Shown: positions 35,861-45,522 of the stretch, piece by piece | How the letters are laid out: each line of letters begins with the position of its first letter | Numbering within the stretch: position 1 is the stretch's first letter | From: Kiritimatiellia bacterium | GTDB taxonomy: Bacteria; Verrucomicrobiota; Kiritimatiellia; SLAD01 | DNA length: 49,573 nucleotides | NCBI GenBank assembly: GCA_007126515.1 | Contig: SLBD01000028.1 | Coordinates: 1 to 49,573 of the forward strand | Reading direction: 5' to 3' | Notes under the pieces: model-generated | Seen by the model: only the letters and a program-made list of their open reading frames with translations | What the model was told of the DNA's origin: nothing | Database searches by the model: none | Position numbers and translations under genes: made by a program

Positions 35861-37420
35861 TCATTCACTTTCTTCTTTGACGTCGCGATCTGTCATCGAT
35901 TCATTTATCAATGTACGCTCTCTCGAGCTGGAAACCAATGCCCCGTCATTTCCCCGGCTGATGTGCCCCAAAATAGAGGCAGACTCGACGGCGTGCCCCG
36001 GCAAAGAGCGATCTAGGCCTGCCCATGCAACCTGACTGCGAGACCCCAGATCCGCCACCCAAACCAACTGCAATTGCCCCTGCGCCGCCGTGAGATCCAC
36101 TTGATGTTCCCGGCCCGTGCCGACATGTGTAATCCGCAAGGTGCGTTCTCCTGGTTCAACGGGAAGCCGTGCCAATTGGACGGTCATCGGCAAGGTATAC
36201 CAACTCCGAGTGTCGGCAGAATCCGCAATCAGTGTAGTGATGTTAAATAACAAGCCCAACAAATTCACCAAGGCCGCCTCGCTTTGCTGAGAAGCACTAT
36301 ACGCCACCTGCCGAGCAACGGCTCGAGTGATATTCCTCAGCATGACCCCGTTCATCTGCTCCTGCAAGTCCCGGTACGCCAGCGACTGGACGTAAACGGC
36401 CGGTTGCAGACGCTCTTCTGCCCCTCCATCAATACGCACCTGCAATGAAGCTGGCTGATGAGGGGGATCACTGTAGAACGGCAAATTAAACATCTGCCAT
36501 GTGCCAGTAAAAATCGGGATCCGTTCGACACGGCGACGCGAGATCAACGCTTCGTCAAAAACGACCAACACCTCCGATGCTGGTGTCTCCAAGTCGGCCA
36601 CCTGTATTCCATATCGTTCCAATTTAGGCAAATACTCCGGGCGATGCACCCGAACCCCCAGTCGCAGGTAATCACGACGAAATGTGTGATTATCGGGCAT
36701 CATCTCGGATGCCCGGCGAAAGGCTTGATAGGACCCATTCATATCGTCCTGATGCTCGAACATCACCCCTGCCAAATACCAGGCAAACGGATTTTCCTGA
36801 GAGTTGGCGACGCGAGCGGCTGTCGCAATCAGATCCGTCGATTGCTCGCGGAACCGCTCCATGCTTTTCTCCAAGTACTCTTGCCTGGCCTCATCGTCTG
36901 GAAGTTCTTGTTGTCGTTCAGCGGCCTCTTGGCGCCACAAATCCTGAACGGCTGCAGCTCGACGCAATTGCACCCAAGCCGCCTCGGGCTCTCCCAACAT
37001 CCAATGATTCATCGCTTGAGCGACGAACAACATCACAGTCTCAAAATAGGCGAGTACAAATGGACGCATACGGTCATCTGTCAAGGTCCCGGCCAAGGTC
37101 ACGCCACCGACATCGCGAAGCCGAATCACAGCTCCTTCCTCGCGCACGATGACATGCTCGATCACCTGATCAAACGCTCGCCGGCTGCCGGCGAAATCGC
37201 CAGATAATTGCCGCATCCTCCCTGCTTCCAAGAGGTGCAGATAGCGGTTCCGGCCTGCGTTGTGTCGCTCGAAAAAGACCAAGGCCTGATCCACATCCCC
37301 TTGAACAAAATGGTGCAGACTTTGCTCGGTTCGCTGGCTGTGGGTGGCGCATCCGGCGGACAACAACGCCACCAGCGCCACCCCGACCAGCCTACCGATC
37401 TTGGATTTCCGTACCATCAT
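35861..37420 (-). CDS. Large lipoprotein with a TPR-like N-terminal region (possibly COG3014-type), function unknown
   Basis: The 519 aa protein has a lipobox (LLSAGC) and a helical-repeat-like N-terminal half. It sits in an operon with the YcfL-like and LpoB-like genes. The family assignment rests on my memory of neighbourhoods, not on a search. Confidence 0.6.
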   Translation of the reverse strand: MMVRKSKIGRLVGVALVALLSAGCATHSQRTEQSLHHFVQGDVDQALVFFERHNAGRNRYLHLLEAGRMRQLSGDFAGSRRAFDQVIEHVIVREEGAVIRLRDVGGVTLAGTLTDDRMRPFVLAYFETVMLFVAQAMNHWMLGEPEAAWVQLRRAAAVQDLWRQEAAERQQELPDDEARQEYLEKSMERFREQSTDLIATAARVANSQENPFAWYLAGVMFEHQDDMNGSYQAFRRASEMMPDNHTFRRDYLRLGVRVHRPEYLPKLERYGIQVADLETPASEVLVVFDEALISRRRVERIPIFTGTWQMFNLPFYSDPPHQPASLQVRIDGGAEERLQPAVYVQSLAYRDLQEQMNGVMLRNITRAVARQVAYSASQQSEAALVNLLGLLFNITTLIADSADTRSWYTLPMTVQLARLPVEPGERTLRITHVGTGREHQVDLTAAQGQLQLVWVADLGSRSQVAWAGLDRSLPGHAVESASILGHISRGNDGALVSSSRERTLINESMTDRDVKEESE

Positions 37421-37461
37421 CTGTCTGCGCCAATTTGCTCACACCACACCGCACTTATCGA

Positions 37462-38721
37462 TTATCTGGGATCCTGAAAATTGATATTCACATCCGCACT
37501 CTGGCCCGAATCTCCCAAGACCACACTCTGCCAGGCTTCTGTGTCAAAGTTGACACGAATTCCTCGCCGCCAAGCTGCCTCAGCATATTGCAAAGCAAGG
37601 GCCGCTCGTGCGCCTTCCAGCGAGGTAAAACGTCGCAGGCCGGCATCAGACAATTCCAATGCCACATTCAGCTCCATCCCATCACGGATATTCACAGTGA
37701 CCTCATAGGGAGTCATCCACTCGCGTTCGATCCTCAAGATATGCAGCCCGGGCGTGGCCTCAAACGTACCTGGTGTTGAGCCGATCGCCGCCCCGTTCAA
37801 GAGCACGGTCGTACCACCCACCAAACGCCGCACCTCATCCAGCAGATCCACGGGAGCTCGCACACCATGCTCCAAACCATCCACAAAATGATCCAAGTTG
37901 GTCCGCACCGAGAACCGAGCCAACGCAGTCGGCCGCTCAATGTCTGGCCAGGACGGCCGACTGTCCGCAACGGCTTTGGCCACATCAGGCATGGCCCGAC
38001 TCATCAAGTCACGAAAATAAATCCCCACATCACCTGTGGCACCCCCACGACGAGGATGGCGACGCTCGAAGGTCTCGCCAAACACCGAACGCCCTTGTAC
38101 CCCATCCAGGACGCGGACGGCAAATCGCATCGTGAATGTATCAATCGCCGTTCCCGTTGCAACATTTTGACGGACATCCGCGGAGGCAATGGATAACAAC
38201 ACGACAAAATCTGCATCCACCATCTCGGCCATACGCACCGTTGTGCCACCCGGTGACAATCCCGCCACCATCTCCCGTAGATCGGGATCGCCGGGCAGGC
38301 GGCTCTGTCGAAATCGATCCATCAAGTCGACCGCATCAATCACAGCCAAGTCATACATGCTTAACTCCGCCGCCAACTGGCTGCGCAGGGCATCGATTTC
38401 TTCATTCAAGTCTGTACGGCGGGATTGATTACGGACAAAAATCGCTACGGTTGGAATTTCTTCAACAAACGAATCCCCAACAGCTTCCTCTTCATCGTCC
38501 ACAAGCGACTCGGGTATCGATGTCGCCACAGCTTCCTCCGTCTCGCCCCTATAATCATCTTCCACGCTGGCCCAGGCAATGTCTGGGAAGGTCGTTTCAA
38601 CTTGAGCTCGGAAGGAGTCCAGAGCGCTATCGTCTTCTACCGACTCGGCAGCCAAGATCGGGCCCACGATCAAACTGGCGACTATACACAGCCACCCCAT
38701 TTGCTTATATGCTGTTTTCAT
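37462..38721 (-). CDS. Secreted protein with an acidic N-terminal region, an LpoB/CsgG-like alpha/beta region and a PEGA domain
   Basis: It has a signal peptide (LCIVASLIVGPILAAES), an acidic stretch (DDEEEAVGDSFVEE) and a PEGA-like block (TVLLNGAAIGSTPGTFEATPGLHILRIEREWMTPYEVTVNIRDGMELNVAL). Confidence 0.6.
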   Translation of the reverse strand: MKTAYKQMGWLCIVASLIVGPILAAESVEDDSALDSFRAQVETTFPDIAWASVEDDYRGETEEAVATSIPESLVDDEEEAVGDSFVEEIPTVAIFVRNQSRRTDLNEEIDALRSQLAAELSMYDLAVIDAVDLMDRFRQSRLPGDPDLREMVAGLSPGGTTVRMAEMVDADFVVLLSIASADVRQNVATGTAIDTFTMRFAVRVLDGVQGRSVFGETFERRHPRRGGATGDVGIYFRDLMSRAMPDVAKAVADSRPSWPDIERPTALARFSVRTNLDHFVDGLEHGVRAPVDLLDEVRRLVGGTTVLLNGAAIGSTPGTFEATPGLHILRIEREWMTPYEVTVNIRDGMELNVALELSDAGLRRFTSLEGARAALALQYAEAAWRRGIRVNFDTEAWQSVVLGDSGQSADVNINFQDPR

Positions 38722-38739
38722 AAATCCATTCCTTTCGGC

Positions 38740-39393
38740 TTAGAATGCAAACACGAACTTGAGCTGCAGCAGCAGGGCATCGAGGGACACGCTTTCCCCC
38801 GCTGAGTTCTTGGGCTTATCTAGGTCAAATCGATATCCCACTCCGCCACCGACACCAAAGCCGGTACCGGTTCCATAGACGAATTCCAGGCCGAGACGCC
38901 CTGTAATCCCGTCATCAAAACTATCTCCCGCTTCACTGTAATCAAAGAATGCGTAATGAAGTCCAGCGAACGCCTGCAACCGCAGGGTCGGTGTATGATA
39001 CAGCTCCCACAAAAATCCGCCTCCCAGAGACACGGCACTGGCATCTTCCAAACCGCGCCGGGATTCTATGCTCTCGTAGTCTACGCCCAACCGGAGCCCC
39101 AACGGTCGCGCCATATACCATTCCATACTACCGCCAACGCCCCAAGCGCGGCGGAATCGACTTTCGCTATAGCTGGGATGGTGCAAAATATTTATCTCAA
39201 ACGTTGGCAACGACTCCCCGCCCCGATCAAAGACCTGGAAACGGTCTGTTTCCCGATACGTCGGTTGCAGTTGATCTTCAGCATGGCGAGGCAATTGCGC
39301 GTCCACCGATGACACCCCAATCAACAGAGCGACCATAAATATAGGGAACAGGCGGGAAACAGTTTGGATCATGTGTATACTGACTTCTTTCAT
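38740..39393 (-). CDS. Outer-membrane beta-barrel protein (small barrel)
   Basis: It has a signal peptide (LFPIFMVALLIGVSSVDA), alternating strands and a C-terminal LLLQLKFVFAF. The ATG is preceded by GAGGAGGAG. Confidence 0.7.
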   Translation of the reverse strand: MKEVSIHMIQTVSRLFPIFMVALLIGVSSVDAQLPRHAEDQLQPTYRETDRFQVFDRGGESLPTFEINILHHPSYSESRFRRAWGVGGSMEWYMARPLGLRLGVDYESIESRRGLEDASAVSLGGGFLWELYHTPTLRLQAFAGLHYAFFDYSEAGDSFDDGITGRLGLEFVYGTGTGFGVGGGVGYRFDLDKPKNSAGESVSLDALLLQLKFVFAF

Positions 39394-39572
39394 GAGCTCC
39401 TCCTCAGGTTATTGGTTCATGCTTGCACAGTCACCGATCACTGTCAATTGTGGCCCAACCAGGGACACTGTCATTTTGATACTTTCCCGAATCATTTTGA
39501 TCGCCTACAGTACAGCACGTTATGAGTGTTTGACGCAGAACCGCGATCAACTATTCAATCAACAGGCAAATT

Positions 39573-40808
39573 TTGATGAAAACTGAATCGACATCACCGC
39601 TCCCCCCCCCCATCGCACTCGTTGGCATCTGTGGTGGCATAGCTGCATACAAGTCCGTGGAAGTGGTCAGTGGGCTGCGCCGCGAGGGCTATGAGGTGCA
39701 TGTAGCGATGAGCGCTGCTGCCTGTCGCTTTGTAACGCCCCTCACCTTTGCCGCCATCTCGGGAAACCGCGTACTCACCGATGCCTTCCCCGATCCAGGC
39801 CAAGCCACGGGCGAAGCCGCCTATCCACACTTGTATCCGGCTACTCAGGCGGATCTCTTCGTTCTTGTCCCAGCCACAGCCAATATGATGGCTCGAATCG
39901 CGCGTGGGGAAGGACAAGAGATGGTCTCGATGGCTGCTTTATCCTTACCCAATGCATGCCGCCGCGTATTCTGCCCCAGCATGAACGTGGAAATGTGGGA
40001 ACAAGCATCCACCCAGGCCAACGTTCGCACCTTGGAGGAGAGAGGCTGGATTCGCATAGGCCCGGAGAGCGGAGCATTGGCTTGCGGGATGACCGGCGCT
40101 GGCCGCCTAACGGAACCCGCAGACATCCTCCAACGACTGATCGAGCTCAGAGATCTCGCCCATTGCCTCACAGATAAACATGTTTTAATTCTATCGGGCC
40201 CGACTCGCGAGCATCTCGATCCGGTTCGTTATATCGGCAATGCCAGCAGCGGAAAAATGGGACGGGCCCTTGCGGAAGAGGCCGCAGATCGCGGAGCCCA
40301 TATTACCTTTGTGACGGGCCCCGTGGATCCTAGCCACGTGCCTTGCCGATCCACCATTCGAGTGATTCCCGTCACGTCTGCCAACGAAATGTTGGCCGCG
40401 GCTCAAGACGTATTTTCAACGGCCGATGTTGTCATTTTTGCAGCAGCCGTTGCCGATTACCAGCCGGCTCAACGGTCGACCGAAAAGATGGAGAAACCGC
40501 GGGGCGAATGGTCGTTGTCCCTTACCCCAACACCCGACATTGCCGCGACGCTAGCCGCTGCACGTCGTCCCCAGCAACGCCTGCTCGGCTTTGCCCTGCA
40601 ATCAGGCGAGGGCCAGCAAGCGGCGCGCCAGAAATTAGATCGCAAACAATTGGATGCCATCGTCCTCAATCATCCCGATGCCATGGGCGCCGATGCCTCC
40701 ACATATACGTGGATCCCTAAGAATGGAGACATCAGCCCGTGGGGATTACTGGACAAGCGCGAGTGCGCAGTCCGCATCTGGGACCAACTCAGCGGATCAT
40801 CTTCATGA
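39573..40808 (+). CDS. coaBC: Bifunctional phosphopantothenoylcysteine decarboxylase / phosphopantothenate-cysteine ligase
   Basis: The 411 aa protein has an N-terminal flavoprotein block (VGICGGIAAYKSVEVVSGLRREGYEVHVAMSAAACRFVTP, PATANMMARIA) and a C-terminal CoaB block (SGPTREHLDPVRYIGNASSGKMG, AAAVADY). Confidence 0.93.
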   Translation: MMKTESTSPLPPPIALVGICGGIAAYKSVEVVSGLRREGYEVHVAMSAAACRFVTPLTFAAISGNRVLTDAFPDPGQATGEAAYPHLYPATQADLFVLVPATANMMARIARGEGQEMVSMAALSLPNACRRVFCPSMNVEMWEQASTQANVRTLEERGWIRIGPESGALACGMTGAGRLTEPADILQRLIELRDLAHCLTDKHVLILSGPTREHLDPVRYIGNASSGKMGRALAEEAADRGAHITFVTGPVDPSHVPCRSTIRVIPVTSANEMLAAAQDVFSTADVVIFAAAVADYQPAQRSTEKMEKPRGEWSLSLTPTPDIAATLAAARRPQQRLLGFALQSGEGQQAARQKLDRKQLDAIVLNHPDAMGADASTYTWIPKNGDISPWGLLDKRECAVRIWDQLSGSSS

Positions 40809-42046
40809 ATCTACCCACGGCTTGGAAATTTATTACCCGACTTGCGTGTGCACTGGGCGTTCTGCTCACGGTCTTACTTGGATTCGAGTTACTGCGCATC
40901 TTCGTTTTTCTGTACCGGTTTCGTCCCAGCTATGGGTGGACCTTTGCGATCTTAATGATCAGCGGCATGGTCGGCATGGGAATCTATCTGATCATGCTGT
41001 GGCGACAATGTCCGTCTCGCCAAAGACCGCCTCCACAAATCGATTTGGACAGAGCCACCCATCCTCAGCTTAAGCGCTATGCTCGGCATATGATCTCTGA
41101 ACTCAGGCACCAAACAATGAATGCCTGGATCCCTGATTCCACACTGAGTTGGTTAGAAGAAGAAATGGATACTCTAGAAGGCCTTCTCAATCACCATCCG
41201 CTGAATGAAGATTTGATTCGAATCATCACCAAAAGCGATCAAGAAATTGAATCCGTGCTTCAAGATACCTTATGGCAAGAAGTGGATGCAATTATTCAGT
41301 CCTGCGCACAACGCATCATGCGCGACGCAAGCTGTGGAACTCAACGCCCTATTCATTACGCGAGGCTACTGATCACACAAATCGGACTGATCAATCGCAT
41401 CGTCTCGATTGCCGACCCCGCGCCTACGCTCCGACATCGCGCCCGCATCATTCTTGACGTTAGCACAGCGTTGCTCAGTCCGTCCGTCGAACATGCGGAA
41501 CAATCTCTGATCCGCAAATTACAAGAGCACGACCATCATTCAGCGGCTCAAAATGACCGAATCGGCACGATAGCTGGCACCGGCTTGATCACAATTATGG
41601 GGGGGGAGATTGCCTTTCAACGCTGCCTTTTCCCTCACCGTTGGGACGCAACAGATGCCGAAACAGTGATCCGCGACTGTTTACCGGATGGTCTCGCCCG
41701 CATACAAAAACTGCTAAACAATGACCTGCACCCTCAAGCCACAACACCTTCATCAACAGAGGCAGCGAAGCCAAAACCATCGCTGGATATCAAAGGGATC
41801 TGCAACACTGTTGCACGGGAACCACGATCAACTCAGCCCCATTCGACTCAATCTGCCCGCCGCCCCCCGAACACGATTGCGCCGAGATCAGTGAACGTCC
41901 CAGAGAGAATGGATCACGAAACAACATCATCTTCTCACAGTCGGAAGCGGCGAAAACGGCGAACCAAACGGCGGCGTGGAATTGCTCGTATTCTTCACAC
42001 CTTTGGACAAAGGATCAAATACACCATGGGCTTGGGACGGAGATAA
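40805..42046 (+). CDS. Hypothetical membrane protein with two N-terminal TM helices and a polybasic C-terminus
   Basis: The ATG at 40805 overlaps the coaBC stop (ATGA), although the ORF opens at 40739. The C-terminal tail reads SSSHSRKRRKRRTKRRRGIARILHTFGQRIKY. I recognised no family. Confidence 0.6.
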   Translation: MNLPTAWKFITRLACALGVLLTVLLGFELLRIFVFLYRFRPSYGWTFAILMISGMVGMGIYLIMLWRQCPSRQRPPPQIDLDRATHPQLKRYARHMISELRHQTMNAWIPDSTLSWLEEEMDTLEGLLNHHPLNEDLIRIITKSDQEIESVLQDTLWQEVDAIIQSCAQRIMRDASCGTQRPIHYARLLITQIGLINRIVSIADPAPTLRHRARIILDVSTALLSPSVEHAEQSLIRKLQEHDHHSAAQNDRIGTIAGTGLITIMGGEIAFQRCLFPHRWDATDAETVIRDCLPDGLARIQKLLNNDLHPQATTPSSTEAAKPKPSLDIKGICNTVAREPRSTQPHSTQSARRPPNTIAPRSVNVPERMDHETTSSSHSRKRRKRRTKRRRGIARILHTFGQRIKYTMGLGRR

Positions 42047-42051
42047 CGGAC

Positions 42052-42462
42052 ATGTCCCAATCACGTCACATCAGTAAAGCTGAACTGTCTCGCTGGGCTG
42101 TCCAACGAGAACGTTTGCATCTACTGGAAACACGTCCGCCGGCACCCTACCGAGTTACGACCCCAGATTCGATTGTTGCGAACATCATGAAAAAAGTGGG
42201 CTTGGAAAAGCCGCTGTGGGAACAAACGCTCCTGAACGAGTGGAACGAGTTGGTGGGCGGGAACATTGCTGCCCACGCCCGCCCCGGCGAGCTAAATCGC
42301 GGCATCCTGATCATCCACGTTGATCATTCAGTCTGGCTTCACGAACTTCGCGGTCCACCCGAACAAGCCATGCTGAAAAAGCTACAAGACCGATTCGGAC
42401 ACTCCAAAATCAAAGGCATCCGCCTGCGCCTTGACCCAGATGGACCCACGGGATCGAAGTGA
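42052..42462 (+). CDS. DUF721 (DciA-like) protein
   Basis: The 136 aa protein has NEWNELVGGNIAAHARPGELNRGILIIHVDHSVWLHELR, which matches the DUF721 core (W...vG..ia.ht.p..l..g.L.v.v.s..w..eL). Confidence 0.75.
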   Translation: MSQSRHISKAELSRWAVQRERLHLLETRPPAPYRVTTPDSIVANIMKKVGLEKPLWEQTLLNEWNELVGGNIAAHARPGELNRGILIIHVDHSVWLHELRGPPEQAMLKKLQDRFGHSKIKGIRLRLDPDGPTGSK

Positions 42463-42515
42463 GTGTGTATGAGCCTGCGGCGCGACAGGCCGAGCGAGCC
42501 GCCCATAAAGAACTA

Positions 42516-45437
42516 TCAGCCTTCTGCGCTCACCAAGATCCGATCCGGCACAGACGGTACGGGCTCAAAGTCGCCCCACCCCATCAGACACTCCTTTTCG
42601 CCGGCTTTCATCGCCATCAGCAAGGAATCTTGGTCGACAGGGACACTGTATACGCGCACGCCCACGGCGTTATAAATCGCGTTCGTGATCGCGGGCGTCG
42701 TCGGAATACTGGAAAGCTCTCCAATCCCTTTGGCTCCGAAGGGGCCGTCTGCTGTTTCATGCTCAACAATGCGCGAAATGATCTTCGGCGTGTGCTTGAT
42801 ACTGGGCATCTTGTACCGCGCCATCACATCGGTCCACGGAGCACCTTGATCTGTCACAAAATGCTCTGTCAGCGTATTGCCCAAGCACATGATGATGCCA
42901 CCCTCAATCTGGCCTTCCAAGGTCAGCGGATTAATCGCCCGCCCCACGTCATTGGCACCAATGATCTTCTTCACCTTGATTTCGGCTGTCTCGCTATCAA
43001 TTTCAACCAACGCCGCTTGGGCACCAAACCCAAAGGCAACATGCATGTCCCCTCCGGTTCCCAACGGCTGAGTTTTCGGTGCCCAATACTCATGCTCAAT
43101 CTTGGTTGATTGACCTGATTCCTGCGCCCATTGAATGGCATCGGCAATACTGGCCCGGCTGCCATTGCAGACAATGTGCCCATCCGCAAATTCCAACTCG
43201 CCGGCAGAGTGCCCCAGCTTATTGGCGGCGGCGGTGGCAAGAATTAATCGCAGTTGTTTAGCAGCAAGCCGGGCCGCATTGCCACTCACATAGGTCTGGC
43301 GACTGGCCGTGGTCGGCCCGCCGTCCGGGCAGTGATCCGTGTCACCCAACAGCACTCGCACCTGCTCATACGGCAGACCCAGCTCTTCTGACGCGCAGGC
43401 AGCCAACACCGCCGGCAACCCTTGCCCCATTTCAGCTGACGAGGTTCGAACTTCGGCAATGGCCTTGCCATCCTCTACCCACGCTTCGACGATGGCACTC
43501 GCCTTGTCTGGTGCGCCACCGCCCAATCCGGTGTTTTTATAACCGATGCCGATGCCCCACGCATATCGCTTCGTGCCGTCAGCCCACGACCACTGGAACG
43601 GCGTGCCGTTTTCCTCGTGGTGGGCTCGCATGTCTTTCTCCAACCAGTCGATGCATTCTTTCAAGCCCACGCTTTCACGCATCACCTGGCCTGTGCATGT
43701 TGTTCCGCCCACGTCGAGAGCGTTGACTCGACGAAATTCGATCGGGTCCATGCCTAACTCTTCGGCCACAAGATCCATGTTGCTTTCCACTGCATAACAA
43801 CTTTGCGTCACACCGAATCCGCGAAACGCTCCACAGGGCGTGTTGTTGGTGTACATGGCATAACAATCCACCACAACATGCGGGACTTCGTAGGGCCCCG
43901 AGGCGTGGGTGGTGGCTCGAGTCATTACTTTTTCGCTCAAGCTGGCGTACGCTCCACCATCGCCATACAACTCCGCTTCCACGGCCGTCAGACGACCATC
44001 ACGCTTTGCCCCCGTCTTGATGCGAATCACTGTGGCATGACGCTTGGGATGGAACAGCAAACTTTCGGCTCGCGTGTAAAGCATCTTCACGGGTCGGCCC
44101 GTGCGCTCCGCCAGCAGCGCCACATGAATCTGAGCTGCAATGTCTTCTTTGCCGCCAAATCCTCCGCCCATCAAGGCGGCCACAATCCGAATATCTTCAT
44201 TGGCCACACCCAATGCCGCAGCGGTTTGATCGCGGTCCAAGTAGGGAATCTGCGTGCCACAATAAATCGTTGTCTTGTCGTGTTGGAAATGGATGCCACG
44301 TTCCGCCTTTGGATCCACGCGTCCACCAAACGATTCGGGATTGTATCCTTTGGGGACCCCAATCGAACATTCAGGCTCAAGGAACATTTGTTCCGTCATC
44401 GGAGTCCGATAGGTCTTCTCCACAATCACATCCGCATCGGCAAACCCTTGATCAATGGATCCCTTCCGCACTTTGATATGTTTGAGAAGATTTCCGTCAG
44501 GCCGTTCTTCATGCACGATCGGCGCATCGGGCTGAGCCGCTTGAAGCGCATCGTTCACAACCGGCAGCGGTTCATAATCAACTTGAATCAGCTCCAGCGC
44601 CTCCGCGGCCACATCTTCGGACTCCGCCGCCACCACGGCCACGGCATCCCCTGCGTACCGGACTTTATCATAGCACAACGCCGGCCAATCAACCGAGACG
44701 AGCCCGTGATTCTTGCGACCAGGCACATCTTTGTGCGTCAAAACCGCCACGACACCCGGCAAGGCTTCGGCAGCAGAGGTATCAATCGACCGAATTCGCG
44801 CATGCGCCAAACCCGCCCGCTTTGTGCGTCCCACCAGCATGCCCGGGAAACAGAAGTCATCAGTATACATGGCGCGACCAGTAATCTTGGCCAACGAATC
44901 GGGATTGGCGAGGGCACGCCCCACCGTCCGATGCGGCGTCTTGGTCTCGGGGATGTAGGGCTTCACATCCTCCCCCGAAGCCTGCAAGATCGCGTTAATC
45001 ACACTTTGGTATCCCGTGCAACGACAATAGGTATCCTTGAGAGCCACCTTGACATCGGCCTCAGACACCCTTTCACCAGCAGCCTTCTTGTCGTCCAGCA
45101 ACGCTTTCGCCGTCATGATCAGGCCCGGCGTACAAAAACCGCATTGCACGGCACCATGATCAAGAAAGGCCTGCTGAACCGGATGAAGCTGCCCCTCTTT
45201 ATCAAGGCCTTCAATAGTCGTGACATCCGCCCCCTGGGCCTTGAACGCGGGATAGATACAAGAGTTCACCGGGCGTCCATTCACAATCACACTGCAAATA
45301 CCGCATTCGGATTCGTTGCAGCCAATCTTCGTGCCTGTCAGCCCCAGATCATAACGAAGGACTTCTGCCAAATACCGACTTTCCGGCACATCGACTTCCA
45401 CAGGTTTCCCATTCACTGTTAACTTTAATAGACTCAT
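42516..45437 (-). CDS. Xanthine dehydrogenase/aldehyde oxidase family molybdoenzyme with fused [2Fe-2S] and molybdopterin-binding subunits
   Basis: The N-terminus has CNESECGICSVIVNGRPVNSC and CGFCTPGLIM (two 2Fe-2S sites). These are followed by GGGFGGKED, AEMGQG and a C-terminal GAKGIGELSSIPTTPAITNAI (catalytic Glu region). AAGGAG lies 10 nt before the ATG. Confidence 0.92.
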   Translation of the reverse strand: MSLLKLTVNGKPVEVDVPESRYLAEVLRYDLGLTGTKIGCNESECGICSVIVNGRPVNSCIYPAFKAQGADVTTIEGLDKEGQLHPVQQAFLDHGAVQCGFCTPGLIMTAKALLDDKKAAGERVSEADVKVALKDTYCRCTGYQSVINAILQASGEDVKPYIPETKTPHRTVGRALANPDSLAKITGRAMYTDDFCFPGMLVGRTKRAGLAHARIRSIDTSAAEALPGVVAVLTHKDVPGRKNHGLVSVDWPALCYDKVRYAGDAVAVVAAESEDVAAEALELIQVDYEPLPVVNDALQAAQPDAPIVHEERPDGNLLKHIKVRKGSIDQGFADADVIVEKTYRTPMTEQMFLEPECSIGVPKGYNPESFGGRVDPKAERGIHFQHDKTTIYCGTQIPYLDRDQTAAALGVANEDIRIVAALMGGGFGGKEDIAAQIHVALLAERTGRPVKMLYTRAESLLFHPKRHATVIRIKTGAKRDGRLTAVEAELYGDGGAYASLSEKVMTRATTHASGPYEVPHVVVDCYAMYTNNTPCGAFRGFGVTQSCYAVESNMDLVAEELGMDPIEFRRVNALDVGGTTCTGQVMRESVGLKECIDWLEKDMRAHHEENGTPFQWSWADGTKRYAWGIGIGYKNTGLGGGAPDKASAIVEAWVEDGKAIAEVRTSSAEMGQGLPAVLAACASEELGLPYEQVRVLLGDTDHCPDGGPTTASRQTYVSGNAARLAAKQLRLILATAAANKLGHSAGELEFADGHIVCNGSRASIADAIQWAQESGQSTKIEHEYWAPKTQPLGTGGDMHVAFGFGAQAALVEIDSETAEIKVKKIIGANDVGRAINPLTLEGQIEGGIIMCLGNTLTEHFVTDQGAPWTDVMARYKMPSIKHTPKIISRIVEHETADGPFGAKGIGELSSIPTTPAITNAIYNAVGVRVYSVPVDQDSLLMAMKAGEKECLMGWGDFEPVPSVPDRILVSAEG

Positions 45438-45522
45438 CGTTGCTCACTCCTTTTTCCCTGGGGGGTCAAATCATTACAATAAACCCAATGTTCTTGATCG
45501 CAAGCGTTGGCATGCAGACAGG

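Noticed and set aside
36458-37207. A 249 aa plus-strand ORF
   Set aside because: It is antisense to the 519 aa lipoprotein gene, which has a proper signal peptide and operon context. The ORF has no motifs.
43803-45422. A 539 aa ORF on the plus strand, the longest unexplained ORF in the track
   Set aside because: It lies entirely antisense to the well-supported xanthine-dehydrogenase-family gene. Its translation is Arg/His/Gly-rich low-complexity sequence with no recognisable motif. This is the typical shadow ORF of a GC-rich coding region.
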